The position numbers and the translations under genes are program-made. The notes under the pieces are model-generated. The model saw only the letters and a list, made by a program, of their open reading frames with translations, did no database searches and was not told the DNA's origin. Positions 1 to 7,742 of a DNA stretch of 64,000 nucleotides are shown here, piece by piece; positions within the stretch are counted from its first letter, which is position 1; the number at the start of each line of letters is the position of its first letter. Location of the stretch: assembly GCA_036795455.1 (NCBI GenBank), contig DAIRET010000002.1:15325-79324 (forward strand), in the 5' to 3' direction. This stretch comes from Ignavibacteriaceae bacterium. GTDB lineage: Bacteria; Bacteroidota; Ignavibacteria; Ignavibacteriales; Ignavibacteriaceae.

Positions 1-285
1 AAGCCTATCACCAATAGCATCCGGCCTATGGAAAAAGAATTCGAAATCAAGTGAGTTGTGATTACTTTCCGCTAACTTTTTAACAACACGTAAAAGTTCG
101 GGTTCACCGCTGAACTCGGAAATGTTCCGGCGTTTAAGTCCGCTGAATTCTCTTTGGAATGAATCATTCGTATAAAGCAGGTTCCCCGAAGTATCGGATA
201 TTGCAAAGGCTTTTTTACATGACACCTGTATTGTACCTTGTAGATTGCCGATTGATTCGGAATGAAGTTCGTGCGGTATATTCAT
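1..285 (-). CDS. PAS-domain sensor protein, N-terminal fragment (continues off left edge)
   Basis: Not in the ORF track because there is no stop in the window. My reverse-complement reading from the ATG at 285 stays open to position 1: MNIPHELHSESIGNLQGTIQVSCKKAFAISDTSGNLLYTNDSFQREFSGLKRRNISEFSGEPELLRVVKKLAESNHNSLDFEFFFHRPDAIGDRL. The stretch AFAISDTSGNLLYTNDSFQREFSG looks like a PAS core. The ATG lies 4 nt after the stop of the upstream ORF. Confidence 0.5.
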   Translation of the reverse strand, partial: MNIPHELHSESIGNLQGTIQVSCKKAFAISDTSGNLLYTNDSFQREFSGLKRRNISEFSGEPELLRVVKKLAESNHNSLDFEFFFHRPDAIGDRL

Positions 286-289
286 CAAC

Positions 290-943
290 TTATAATGTGG
301 TTTCTGATTTAATTTTTTCAACCCTAATCAGCTCCCCGGATTGAACCGGGGGACCGAACTGGAAACCGTTCCCGGTAAATTTTTCGATAAAAATTGACAC
401 ACCGGTAAGGATATTCCTGAACTCTAAAAGTAATTCATTTCTGTAACTTCCGAGCAGAAAATCGTTCTGGTAATTGTTTGCCGACACAGTGTTTGAGCTT
501 AGTCCCAGTTTATCTATTTTATCAAAAACCTCCTGTAAATAAGGGAGGTGAGAGGGTTCAAATTTCTTTGTAAGGTTCAAATGATTTATTTGAACATTTA
601 TAGTAATTGCTGCTTTAAAGTAATTGGCTTCATGGGAAGTATCCCGTTCAATTTCAAATAACATCCCTCTAAAAGCATCAATCGTGTTGAGGTCTATTTC
701 GGTTTTAAAGTCGAATCCGCCATAATTAAAAAGGAGGAGAAGTTTTTCATTTTTAAACTTTCTCATATCTTTTATCATCCACGAGATGCTTTTTAGATAG
801 TTGAAAGCTGCAGAAAATGTCAGCGAGTCCGTAGTTTTTTGTTTAGCCCGGTCTTTTCCCTTCGGCATTTCACCATGATACGCCGCGTGTGGATTTTTGT
901 CCCACGAAACAGAAGTGTTGATATTATAAACTTTACCGAGCAT
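290..943 (-). CDS. hypothetical protein with no domain I recognise, co-operonic with response regulators
   Basis: 217-aa ORF, 7 nt downstream of the REC-DHp gene and 4 nt upstream of the PAS ORF. No motif recognised (MLGKVYNINTSVSWDKNPHAAYHGEMPKGK...). Confidence 0.6.
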   Translation of the reverse strand: MLGKVYNINTSVSWDKNPHAAYHGEMPKGKDRAKQKTTDSLTFSAAFNYLKSISWMIKDMRKFKNEKLLLLFNYGGFDFKTEIDLNTIDAFRGMLFEIERDTSHEANYFKAAITINVQINHLNLTKKFEPSHLPYLQEVFDKIDKLGLSSNTVSANNYQNDFLLGSYRNELLLEFRNILTGVSIFIEKFTGNGFQFGPPVQSGELIRVEKIKSETTL

Positions 944-950
944 AACATTA

Positions 951-1619
951 TTACCGGTTAATTTGTTTCTCTTTATTCAAATTCAGCATTTGTTTTTCTC
1001 CGGCATATTTAACTATTTCCGGGTTTTCGATATTAATAAGAGTATTAACAAGATTTTTAATACGATCAACAGACTGCCTGATGATCATAATGTCTTCTTT
1101 GTGTTCCTCTTTGTTTACTTCCTGTATAAAATTTTCAAGCGTTAAAATAAGGCTGCTTAACGGATTATTGATTTGATGCCCGATAGTACAGGCAAGTTCG
1201 ATAACAGCTTTTTTATGTTCAACCTGTTTTAATTCGCTTTGTAAATTATGTATCCTAACACCGGACCTAATTCTTGCAAGCAATTCCTGTGTTTCAACCG
1301 GTTTAATCAAGAAGTCGTCCGCACCGAAATCCAATCCTGTAACCCTATCTTTTAAAGATGAGCGCGCTGTTAGAATAATAAAATAAATCAGTTTGTACCT
1401 CGGGTCATCTTTTAATACCTGGCAAAGCTCCAGCCCATCCATTTCAGGCATAGTCCAATCTGCAATAATAACCTTAGGAAAAAATGTTTCCAGTTTTTTT
1501 AAGGCGACTTTCCCGTTTTCTGTAGTTTCCACTTCGTAGTTGCTTTTTTCGAGCGAACGCTTTAAAATGAAACGGGTATCCGGGTCATCTTCAACAATAA
1601 GTACTTTATCTTTTTCCAT
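951..1619 (-). CDS. response-regulator receiver fused to a HisKA/DHp-like domain, with no ATPase domain
   Basis: Receiver motifs VLIVEDDPD, IIADWTMPEMDG and FLIKP. A C-terminal H-box-like LACTIGHQINNPLSSLILTLE is followed by an X-region-like SVDRIKNLVNTLINIE. The protein ends about 35 aa later with no N/G1/G2 boxes. Confidence 0.7.
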   Translation of the reverse strand: MEKDKVLIVEDDPDTRFILKRSLEKSNYEVETTENGKVALKKLETFFPKVIIADWTMPEMDGLELCQVLKDDPRYKLIYFIILTARSSLKDRVTGLDFGADDFLIKPVETQELLARIRSGVRIHNLQSELKQVEHKKAVIELACTIGHQINNPLSSLILTLENFIQEVNKEEHKEDIMIIRQSVDRIKNLVNTLINIENPEIVKYAGEKQMLNLNKEKQINR

Positions 1620-2012
1620 TTAAATTGCGTATTTATTCACTTTACCTATCAGTTCATTAAAATCTACTATCGGCTTTAAAATAAAGTCATTAACCAACCC
1701 GTCTTTTACGAGATTACGTCCGTTAAGATTGGATTGATAAGCCGATACCACAATAATCGGGATTTTAGAAAACTTTTCATTTGCTCTTAATTGTTCGGCT
1801 AAAACTATTCCGTCAATTTTTTCATCATTGAGATACGTGTTTTTCAGGTTGATATCCAGGATAACCAGAGAGATTTGGTTTTCTTGCAGGATTCCGAAAA
1901 ACTTTTCGGCATCATCTGTAATGATGTATTTATATCCTTTTCTTTCAAAAAAGAATTTGTATAGTTCCTGTGTAAAAATGTCGTCTTCAACTATTAGTAT
2001 AGTGCCTTTCAT
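1620..2012 (-). CDS. single-domain CheY-like response regulator
   Basis: ILIVEDDIFTQ, LVILDINL, IIVVSAYQS and FILKP. 130 aa. Stop abuts the start of the next gene. Confidence 0.8.
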   Translation of the reverse strand: MKGTILIVEDDIFTQELYKFFFERKGYKYIITDDAEKFFGILQENQISLVILDINLKNTYLNDEKIDGIVLAEQLRANEKFSKIPIIVVSAYQSNLNGRNLVKDGLVNDFILKPIVDFNELIGKVNKYAI

Positions 2013-2014
2013 AT

Positions 2015-2779
2015 CTACCTTGAATAATTTATAATAATACTGACTCTTCTGTTCAGAAGGTCGTATGGATCACCGGGATTTTTTAACCTTGTATCCGCGA
2101 AACCCCGTATCTCAACTATTTGATTCTCTTTCAATCCCCCCAAAACCAATGCTCTTCTTGCAGAATTGGCACGGTCTGCGCTTAATTCAAAATTTGTATA
2201 ACCCAACCCGGAATTAGGGAATGGTCTTGAATCCGTATGTCCTTCCACTGTTATTCCGTTACTTATAGTTGCCAACTTTGAACCGATTAACTTCATAATG
2301 TTGAATGCTTTCGGGTTTAACATCGCAGTGCCGATTTCAAAAAATGCTTCCGAAAGAGATTCAATTAGTTCTATTCTCATTCCCTCTTCTGTGAAATCAA
2401 TTTGTATCTGGTCAAGAATATCGCCAAATTCAGTATCCTGCTGCATTTGATCTAAAAGTTCTTCCCCCATTCTTGTAAATCTTTCTTTCTCCATTTCCTT
2501 CTGGCGTAAAGATTGGGCTATTTCTTCGGATACCGAAGTTTTTCCCATATCAATTAAACTTTTTCCTTTTCCCAATTCAAAAGCCGAAGGGTCTTTGAAG
2601 TACTCCGAAACCGCCTGCTGAACCTGTTCGCTTGAACTTAAAATCCATAATACAATAAATAGCGCCATCATAGCTGTAACAAAATCGGCATAAGCAACTT
2701 TCCAAGCCCCGCCGTGATGCCCGTGATCTCCCTTTTTTACTTTTTTTATTACGGGTTGATTACTGTTTTCGCCGTCCAC
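2015..2779 (-). CDS. motB: flagellar stator protein MotB (E. coli-like)
   Basis: AWKVAYADFVTAMMALFIVLWIL (TM segment with the conserved Asp). C-terminal OmpA-like VEGHTDSRPF...ELSADRANSARRAL...NRRVSIII. 2 nt after motA. Confidence 0.92.
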   Translation of the reverse strand: MDGENSNQPVIKKVKKGDHGHHGGAWKVAYADFVTAMMALFIVLWILSSSEQVQQAVSEYFKDPSAFELGKGKSLIDMGKTSVSEEIAQSLRQKEMEKERFTRMGEELLDQMQQDTEFGDILDQIQIDFTEEGMRIELIESLSEAFFEIGTAMLNPKAFNIMKLIGSKLATISNGITVEGHTDSRPFPNSGLGYTNFELSADRANSARRALVLGGLKENQIVEIRGFADTRLKNPGDPYDLLNRRVSIIINYSR

Positions 2780-2781
2780 TT

Positions 2782-3639
2782 TTATTCCTTTTTATTACGC
2801 AGGAAGTTTTCCAATTCTACAAATGTAGGTCTATGGTCGGAATTGATAGTTCTTCTTGAAATTTCAACCGCAACAATCGGAGGATTTCCTTTTGTGTATG
2901 CAACGACACACGCTTTTATTGTTTCAAGATACCTTATATCGTTATGCGTTTTATGTTCAATATTGGAAGCCAAAGGATTAACCAAACCGTAACTTAACAA
3001 AACACCGAGGAAGGTACCGACAAGAGCGGCTGCAACGTGTTTACCTACTTCTGCAGCACCAGCATCAATACTGCCCATAGTAACAATAATACCGAGAACA
3101 GCTGCAACAATACCGAGTCCCGGTAAAGCATCTCCAACTTTAGCCAACTGCCCGGCAATCGGTTTTTGTTCCGCTTCGTAGGTTTCGATTGAAATGTCCA
3201 TTATTTCTTCAACTTCGTGCGGTGGAAGTCCCCCGGTTAAAATTACTTTAAGAGTATCACAAAAGAAAGAGAGTGCTTCTTCGTTTTCCATGAACTTCGG
3301 ATTAGCTGAAAGTATCTCGCTTTCCTTGGGGCTTTCAATATGTTTTTCTATTGCAAGAAATCCATCTCTTTGAGCAATCAGAAAGAGTTCATAAAAAGAT
3401 TTTAATAATTTGAGATAATCGTCTTTATTAAAATCATGGCTAGAGAAAGTACGCGGTATAGCAGCAAAAATCTTCTTCAACATAGCCGGGGGTGCTGAAA
3501 TAAGTAGACTTCCAAAAGCGGCACCACCGATAATTAAAAATTCCGCCCATTGAAGCAAAACAAGTAAATTACCGCCGGCGATCATAAAGCCGACTATTAC
3601 CGAGACAAAAACTACCGCTATACCTATTATTACAAACAT
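2782..3639 (-). CDS. motA: flagellar stator protein MotA
   Basis: 285 aa with a 4-TM layout and a large cytoplasmic loop. C-terminal MotA/TolQ/ExbB-type segment GDALPGLGIVAAVLGIIVTMGSI. Directly upstream of motB. Confidence 0.9.
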   Translation of the reverse strand: MFVIIGIAVVFVSVIVGFMIAGGNLLVLLQWAEFLIIGGAAFGSLLISAPPAMLKKIFAAIPRTFSSHDFNKDDYLKLLKSFYELFLIAQRDGFLAIEKHIESPKESEILSANPKFMENEEALSFFCDTLKVILTGGLPPHEVEEIMDISIETYEAEQKPIAGQLAKVGDALPGLGIVAAVLGIIVTMGSIDAGAAEVGKHVAAALVGTFLGVLLSYGLVNPLASNIEHKTHNDIRYLETIKACVVAYTKGNPPIVAVEISRRTINSDHRPTFVELENFLRNKKE

Positions 3640-3646
3640 AAACCCT

Positions 3647-4399
3647 TTATTTCTTACTTGAGGATAACTCTATTTCTTTTACTGTCTTCAAGATTTTTTC
3701 CCATCGAACTTGAACAAAAAGCCAATCCAGGTCCGAGTTTACCTCCTTGTTTTCAATTTCTTTCGATAATGTTGAAAGTTCCGGGAAACCTATTGTGCCC
3801 CCTGCCGAAGCAAGTTGATGAACAACTACATCAAGGTCTTTTTTGTTCCGGTCATCAAGTGCTTTGTTTGCAATTCCTTTTTGCATTTTGAAGCTATTTA
3901 AAAACACGTTTTTCAAATGCTCTCTCATATCGCTTTCAATATTGTCTTTAAGAGCATTTTGAAATTCAATCTCCGAAGGGATGTTTTGCTGGGGAACAGA
4001 AGAAGAAACCGATTTCTCCCCGAGCAATTCTTTTAAAGTGGAGATTAAAATCTCTTTTTGCAGGGGTTTGGAAATCACCTTGTTGGCACCAAGCTCGATA
4101 GCTGCAACTACGTTTTTCTTATTTGTGTTTGCACTTATAACAATAACCGGGATATCTTTAATGTCTCTAATAACATTCTTAACCTGCAGAAATTTAATTC
4201 CGTCAAATTGAGGCATCATCAAATCAAGGAAGATTAGATCCGGTCTAAAATCCATACAACAACTAATACCGTCAAGCCCGTCCTCGCAGGTTTTAACTTC
4301 AAACCTTAATGTTTCAAAAAAGTTGGTTAAAGCCTGCAGGATAACCTGGGAATCGTCAATAACCAACACTTTCAGTTTTTTATTATTCTCTATCTGCAT
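3647..4399 (-). CDS. response-regulator receiver fused to a putative Hpt phosphotransfer domain
   Basis: REC motifs VLVIDDSQ, IFLDLMMPQFDG and VISKP. The C-terminal VVHQLASAGGTIGFPELSTLSKEIE resembles the Hpt HxLKGSxxxxG helix. The start overlaps the csrA 3' end by 17 nt. Confidence 0.6.
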   Translation of the reverse strand: MQIENNKKLKVLVIDDSQVILQALTNFFETLRFEVKTCEDGLDGISCCMDFRPDLIFLDLMMPQFDGIKFLQVKNVIRDIKDIPVIVISANTNKKNVVAAIELGANKVISKPLQKEILISTLKELLGEKSVSSSVPQQNIPSEIEFQNALKDNIESDMREHLKNVFLNSFKMQKGIANKALDDRNKKDLDVVVHQLASAGGTIGFPELSTLSKEIENKEVNSDLDWLFVQVRWEKILKTVKEIELSSSKK

Positions 4400-4640
4400 T
4401 CTTATTTATTTTAATGTTTTTTAAAGCTGATAAACTTTTAATATCCGAACTTTTAGCTCCGTCAACCGCTTGTAAGTTGCTTTCGAGCAGTTTTTCGTAT
4501 AGTTCTGACCGGTATATTTTTACCTCCGGGGGAGCATCAATTCCTATTTTTACCTGGTTCTCCGAAATTGAAATAATGCTTACTGTTAAGTCGGAGCCTA
4601 TATGAATTTTTTCGCCGGGTTTTCTTGTTAATACTAACAT
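4383..4640 (-). CDS. csrA: carbon storage / translational regulator CsrA (FliW-partnered type with C-terminal extension)
   Basis: MLVLTRKPGEKIHIGSDLTVSIISISENQVKIGIDAPPEVKIYRSELYEKL is a canonical CsrA fold sequence. It sits immediately downstream of fliW. Confidence 0.93.
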   Translation of the reverse strand: MLVLTRKPGEKIHIGSDLTVSIISISENQVKIGIDAPPEVKIYRSELYEKLLESNLQAVDGAKSSDIKSLSALKNIKINKNADRE

Positions 4641-4646
4641 AATGTT

Positions 4647-5030
4647 TTACTCTTTAATAAATAAATTGTAGTTAATTAAATAAGTATCATCGTCTAATAT
4701 AGACTGATAACCTTTTTTGTTTTTTGTATCAATATAAACAGGAGATTTCAAGTTAATTGTGATCTCCTCCAGGTTTTTACTGAGATTAACAACGCCAAAA
4801 GGTTCGTAACCTTTATCCTTCGGATAGTTTTCGAATAAAGGTCTTACCGGGAACAGCGGGAAAACAATCTCCGGTTCCTCAATGGATATTAACCAGAAAA
4901 AAACTCCATCCTCCGAATTAAGAAGAATAAATTCATTTAATTTTTCAAACCCGATAATGCCGTCTTTAAATTTATAGACGATGCTCTCGTCGAATTCGAT
5001 TTCGCCAAATTGTTTTGATTCTATTTTCAT
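4647..5030 (-). CDS. fliW: flagellar assembly factor FliW (CsrA antagonist)
   Basis: MKIESKQFGEIEFDESIVYKFKDGIIGFEKLNEFILL...FFWLISIEEPEIVFPLFPV matches the FliW family pattern. Adjacent to csrA. Confidence 0.88.
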   Translation of the reverse strand: MKIESKQFGEIEFDESIVYKFKDGIIGFEKLNEFILLNSEDGVFFWLISIEEPEIVFPLFPVRPLFENYPKDKGYEPFGVVNLSKNLEEITINLKSPVYIDTKNKKGYQSILDDDTYLINYNLFIKE

Positions 5031-5043
5031 AATTAAACCTTAG

Positions 5044-5886
5044 TTATTTTAGTATCACAATATCAACTCTTCTGTTGTTTGCCCTGCCTGCAGGGGTTTC
5101 ATTAGTATCCACCGGTTTATATTCCGCATAACCGACAACAGAAACACGGTCAGGCGGCAATCCTTCATTTACCATTAAATAATACGCTGTTGTAGTTGCT
5201 CTTGCAACCGACAGGTGCCAATTTGAAGGAAAAACCGCAGTACTTATTGGAACATTATCGGTATGTCCTTCAATTCTTATGTCGTTAGGAATTTTCTTCA
5301 AAATAACGGCAAGATTCTGTAAAATAATCCGCGAGTATTCCGAAAGCTCCGCTCTACCGGTTGCAAAAAGGATATTATCCAAAATCCTAACTGTTAGCCC
5401 CCGTTCATTTTCAATTATTTTAATGCTATTTTCCATCCCGTTCTTAGCTATCAGGTTTTGCACATCACCCACCAACACTTCAAGCGGATCTGATACTCCC
5501 TGTCCCTGTAGCTGCCCGATTTTCATTCCGCTCATATCGCCGCCGAAAATAGAGCCGACAGCAGACATCATATTTTGATATTTCTTGATATCAACATTAG
5601 AAGCAGCATACAAAAGAATAAACAAACCGAGTAGCAAGGTAATAAGATCCGCATACGTTATCAAGTACCTGTCTTTTTCGCCGTCTTCGGCAAAAATCTC
5701 GGAATGATCGTCTAAACGCTCTTTTTCTCTTCTTGATCTTTTGGCGGGAGCATACTTAGCAGCCGGGTCTTTACCATCGACGGGATTTCTCCACTTCTCA
5801 GTGCTATCACTCCCTCCACCGTTAATTCCATTAAAAGTTTCTCTTCTGAATGACATAATTTCAATCTGTCGCCAACCGGCAACCAT
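5044..5886 (-). CDS. motB: second MotB/PomB/MotS-family stator protein (start uncertain)
   Basis: RYLITYADLITLLLGLFILLYA (TM segment with Asp). OmpA-like IEGHTDNVPI...SVARATT...NRRVDIVILK. The only in-frame ATGs (5886, 5856) lie 145-175 nt inside the upstream motA-like ORF. Confidence 0.85.
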   Translation of the reverse strand: MVAGWRQIEIMSFRRETFNGINGGGSDSTEKWRNPVDGKDPAAKYAPAKRSRREKERLDDHSEIFAEDGEKDRYLITYADLITLLLGLFILLYAASNVDIKKYQNMMSAVGSIFGGDMSGMKIGQLQGQGVSDPLEVLVGDVQNLIAKNGMENSIKIIENERGLTVRILDNILFATGRAELSEYSRIILQNLAVILKKIPNDIRIEGHTDNVPISTAVFPSNWHLSVARATTTAYYLMVNEGLPPDRVSVVGYAEYKPVDTNETPAGRANNRRVDIVILK

Positions 5887-6494
5887 ATTAAGTTAGCTGA
5901 AAATACCCCCCATAAAGTTGCAATGAATGCTGTAGCGATATTCCTAACAAGTTCCTCCGGGTCGTTTCCTGCATTAGCAAGTGTCATGATTAATCCCATT
6001 ACGGTTCCCAGTATACCCATTGTAGGGGCGTATCCTCCCATTTTTGTAAAGATAAAAATATTGGAAAAGTGCCTTTCCTGCATTGCTTTCATTTCCATAC
6101 GGGCAAGGTTATCAATTTCATCAACATCTGCACCATCTATAAAAAACTTTATGAGTTTTTTAGGGAAATAGTGTTCAAATCTATCAAGCATCCTTTCAAC
6201 CGCAAGAATACCGTTCTTGCGTAATTCAATCGCAATCTCCGCAAAGTTATCAACTGTTTCTTTGTAATTGTACTTCTTCGGAAAATATGCAAGTTTCATT
6301 AATTGAAAAATCATTTTGAATTTTTCAAAACCGAATCCTACAATTACTGCCGAGAATGTACCTCCGAAAACAATTAGAATCGGCGGGATTAAAAAAAGTG
6401 CTTTTAAAGAACCTCCTTCAATTAAGAATGCTCCGAATATACAGAACAAACCTAAAGCCAGACCGTTAATTGTCCCGATTTTTTTTAATCTCAT
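5712..6494 (-). CDS. motA: second MotA/PomA/MotP-family stator protein
   Basis: 260 aa with a 4-TM layout. MGGYAPTMGILGTVMGLIMTLAN is a MotA/ExbB signature. It sits upstream of the second motB-like gene and its start overlaps the flgL stop by 4 nt. Confidence 0.88.
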   Translation of the reverse strand: MRLKKIGTINGLALGLFCIFGAFLIEGGSLKALFLIPPILIVFGGTFSAVIVGFGFEKFKMIFQLMKLAYFPKKYNYKETVDNFAEIAIELRKNGILAVERMLDRFEHYFPKKLIKFFIDGADVDEIDNLARMEMKAMQERHFSNIFIFTKMGGYAPTMGILGTVMGLIMTLANAGNDPEELVRNIATAFIATLWGVFSANLIWLPVGDRLKLCHSEEKLLMELTVEGVIALRSGEIPSMVKTRLLSMLPPKDQEEKKSV

Positions 6495-7738
6495 ATATAA
6501 TCCAACAATGATTTGGGCAGCATGATTGAAGAAATTTTGTACGACACTTCAAGGGCGTTTTGATAGTTTTGTAATTCAATTGCATACTCTGCCATGTCAA
6601 CATCGTTTTCCTGGGATAATAAACTTGTAACTTCGGTTTCTTCGCGGCTTAATAGTTCCGAAGCCGAAGTTAAGTTATTTTGGATATTCCCCAGCTCTGA
6701 AACCTTGTTCAAAAAATGCTGGCTGAAACCGTTTAGCAAATCAAGTTGATTATCATTCGGCATGTTTCCGTTTTTCAAATTTTCTCTAATTGAAATAATT
6801 GTGTTAAAAATATTCCCGTTAAGGTTCATTGATGAATTAACCGTAGTCGCTTTATTCGATTCCATTAATCCGCTTACATCAAATGTAAAATCCAAATTTT
6901 TTCCTGGAACACTTACCTGTAATTTCTGAGCTGTTGTTCCGTCAAGCCCGGTTATTTTCCCGGTAGCGGGATTAAAACCGAGAGAATTAGTCCCTGAATA
7001 CACAACATTATCGGTAGAATCTTTTACTCCTGTATTAAGAGTATATGTATTCGCCGCCGATTTGGTGAACTCCATCTCGATTGTAAATTCGTTGCCATCG
7101 CCGTCAAATATTTTTTGAGAGAACGTTTTTGCCGTCCCTACTGCATCTGCAGAATTAAAATTCCCGGTATATTTTATTGCCGAGTTGAATAGCTCTTCAC
7201 CCGTAATATTAATTTTTTGCAATGTGTTGTTCGAGGTCTTAATTGATTTTTCCCCGCCAAGATTTGAACTATTAATAACAACGCTTTGCCCGTCTGCGGA
7301 GATCTCATACGGTTTTACCGAGTAATCGGTTCCCGCAAAAAGGTATTGTCCCTGAAATTCGGAATTTGCAAGATTAACGATTGTATCAAGATAGTTTGTA
7401 AGTTTTTGAACATAGTCCTGAGTCGAAGTTGAATTTGTTGGATTTTTTAAAGAAACAACATCTACAAGCATTGAATGGGTTTGTTCGTGGATTCCTTCCA
7501 GAGCTGAAACCGAGTAGTTTGTAAATGCCAAACCATTCTCAATATTTTTCTGAAATGAAGATATGCTCGTTAATCTTTCGTTAAAATTAATAATCTTCCC
7601 GCTTCCTAATGGGGAATCTGAAGGTTTGTTCACTTTTTTTTGTGTTATAATCTTGTTCTGAACTTCACCCATTTTACTCCTTAGAGATGTAAGGTTGTTC
7701 AAAAAAGATTGCTGTACGTTTCTATCGGATATTCTCAT
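6491..7738 (-). CDS. flgL: flagellar hook-associated protein 3 FlgL
   Basis: Flagellin-type N terminus MRISDRNVQQSFLNNLTSLRSKMGEVQNKIITQKKVNKPSDSPLG and C terminus DMAEYAIELQNYQNALEVSYKISSIMLPKSLLDYI. Follows flgK. Confidence 0.88.
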   Translation of the reverse strand: MRISDRNVQQSFLNNLTSLRSKMGEVQNKIITQKKVNKPSDSPLGSGKIINFNERLTSISSFQKNIENGLAFTNYSVSALEGIHEQTHSMLVDVVSLKNPTNSTSTQDYVQKLTNYLDTIVNLANSEFQGQYLFAGTDYSVKPYEISADGQSVVINSSNLGGEKSIKTSNNTLQKINITGEELFNSAIKYTGNFNSADAVGTAKTFSQKIFDGDGNEFTIEMEFTKSAANTYTLNTGVKDSTDNVVYSGTNSLGFNPATGKITGLDGTTAQKLQVSVPGKNLDFTFDVSGLMESNKATTVNSSMNLNGNIFNTIISIRENLKNGNMPNDNQLDLLNGFSQHFLNKVSELGNIQNNLTSASELLSREETEVTSLLSQENDVDMAEYAIELQNYQNALEVSYKISSIMLPKSLLDYI

Positions 7739-7742
7739 AACA

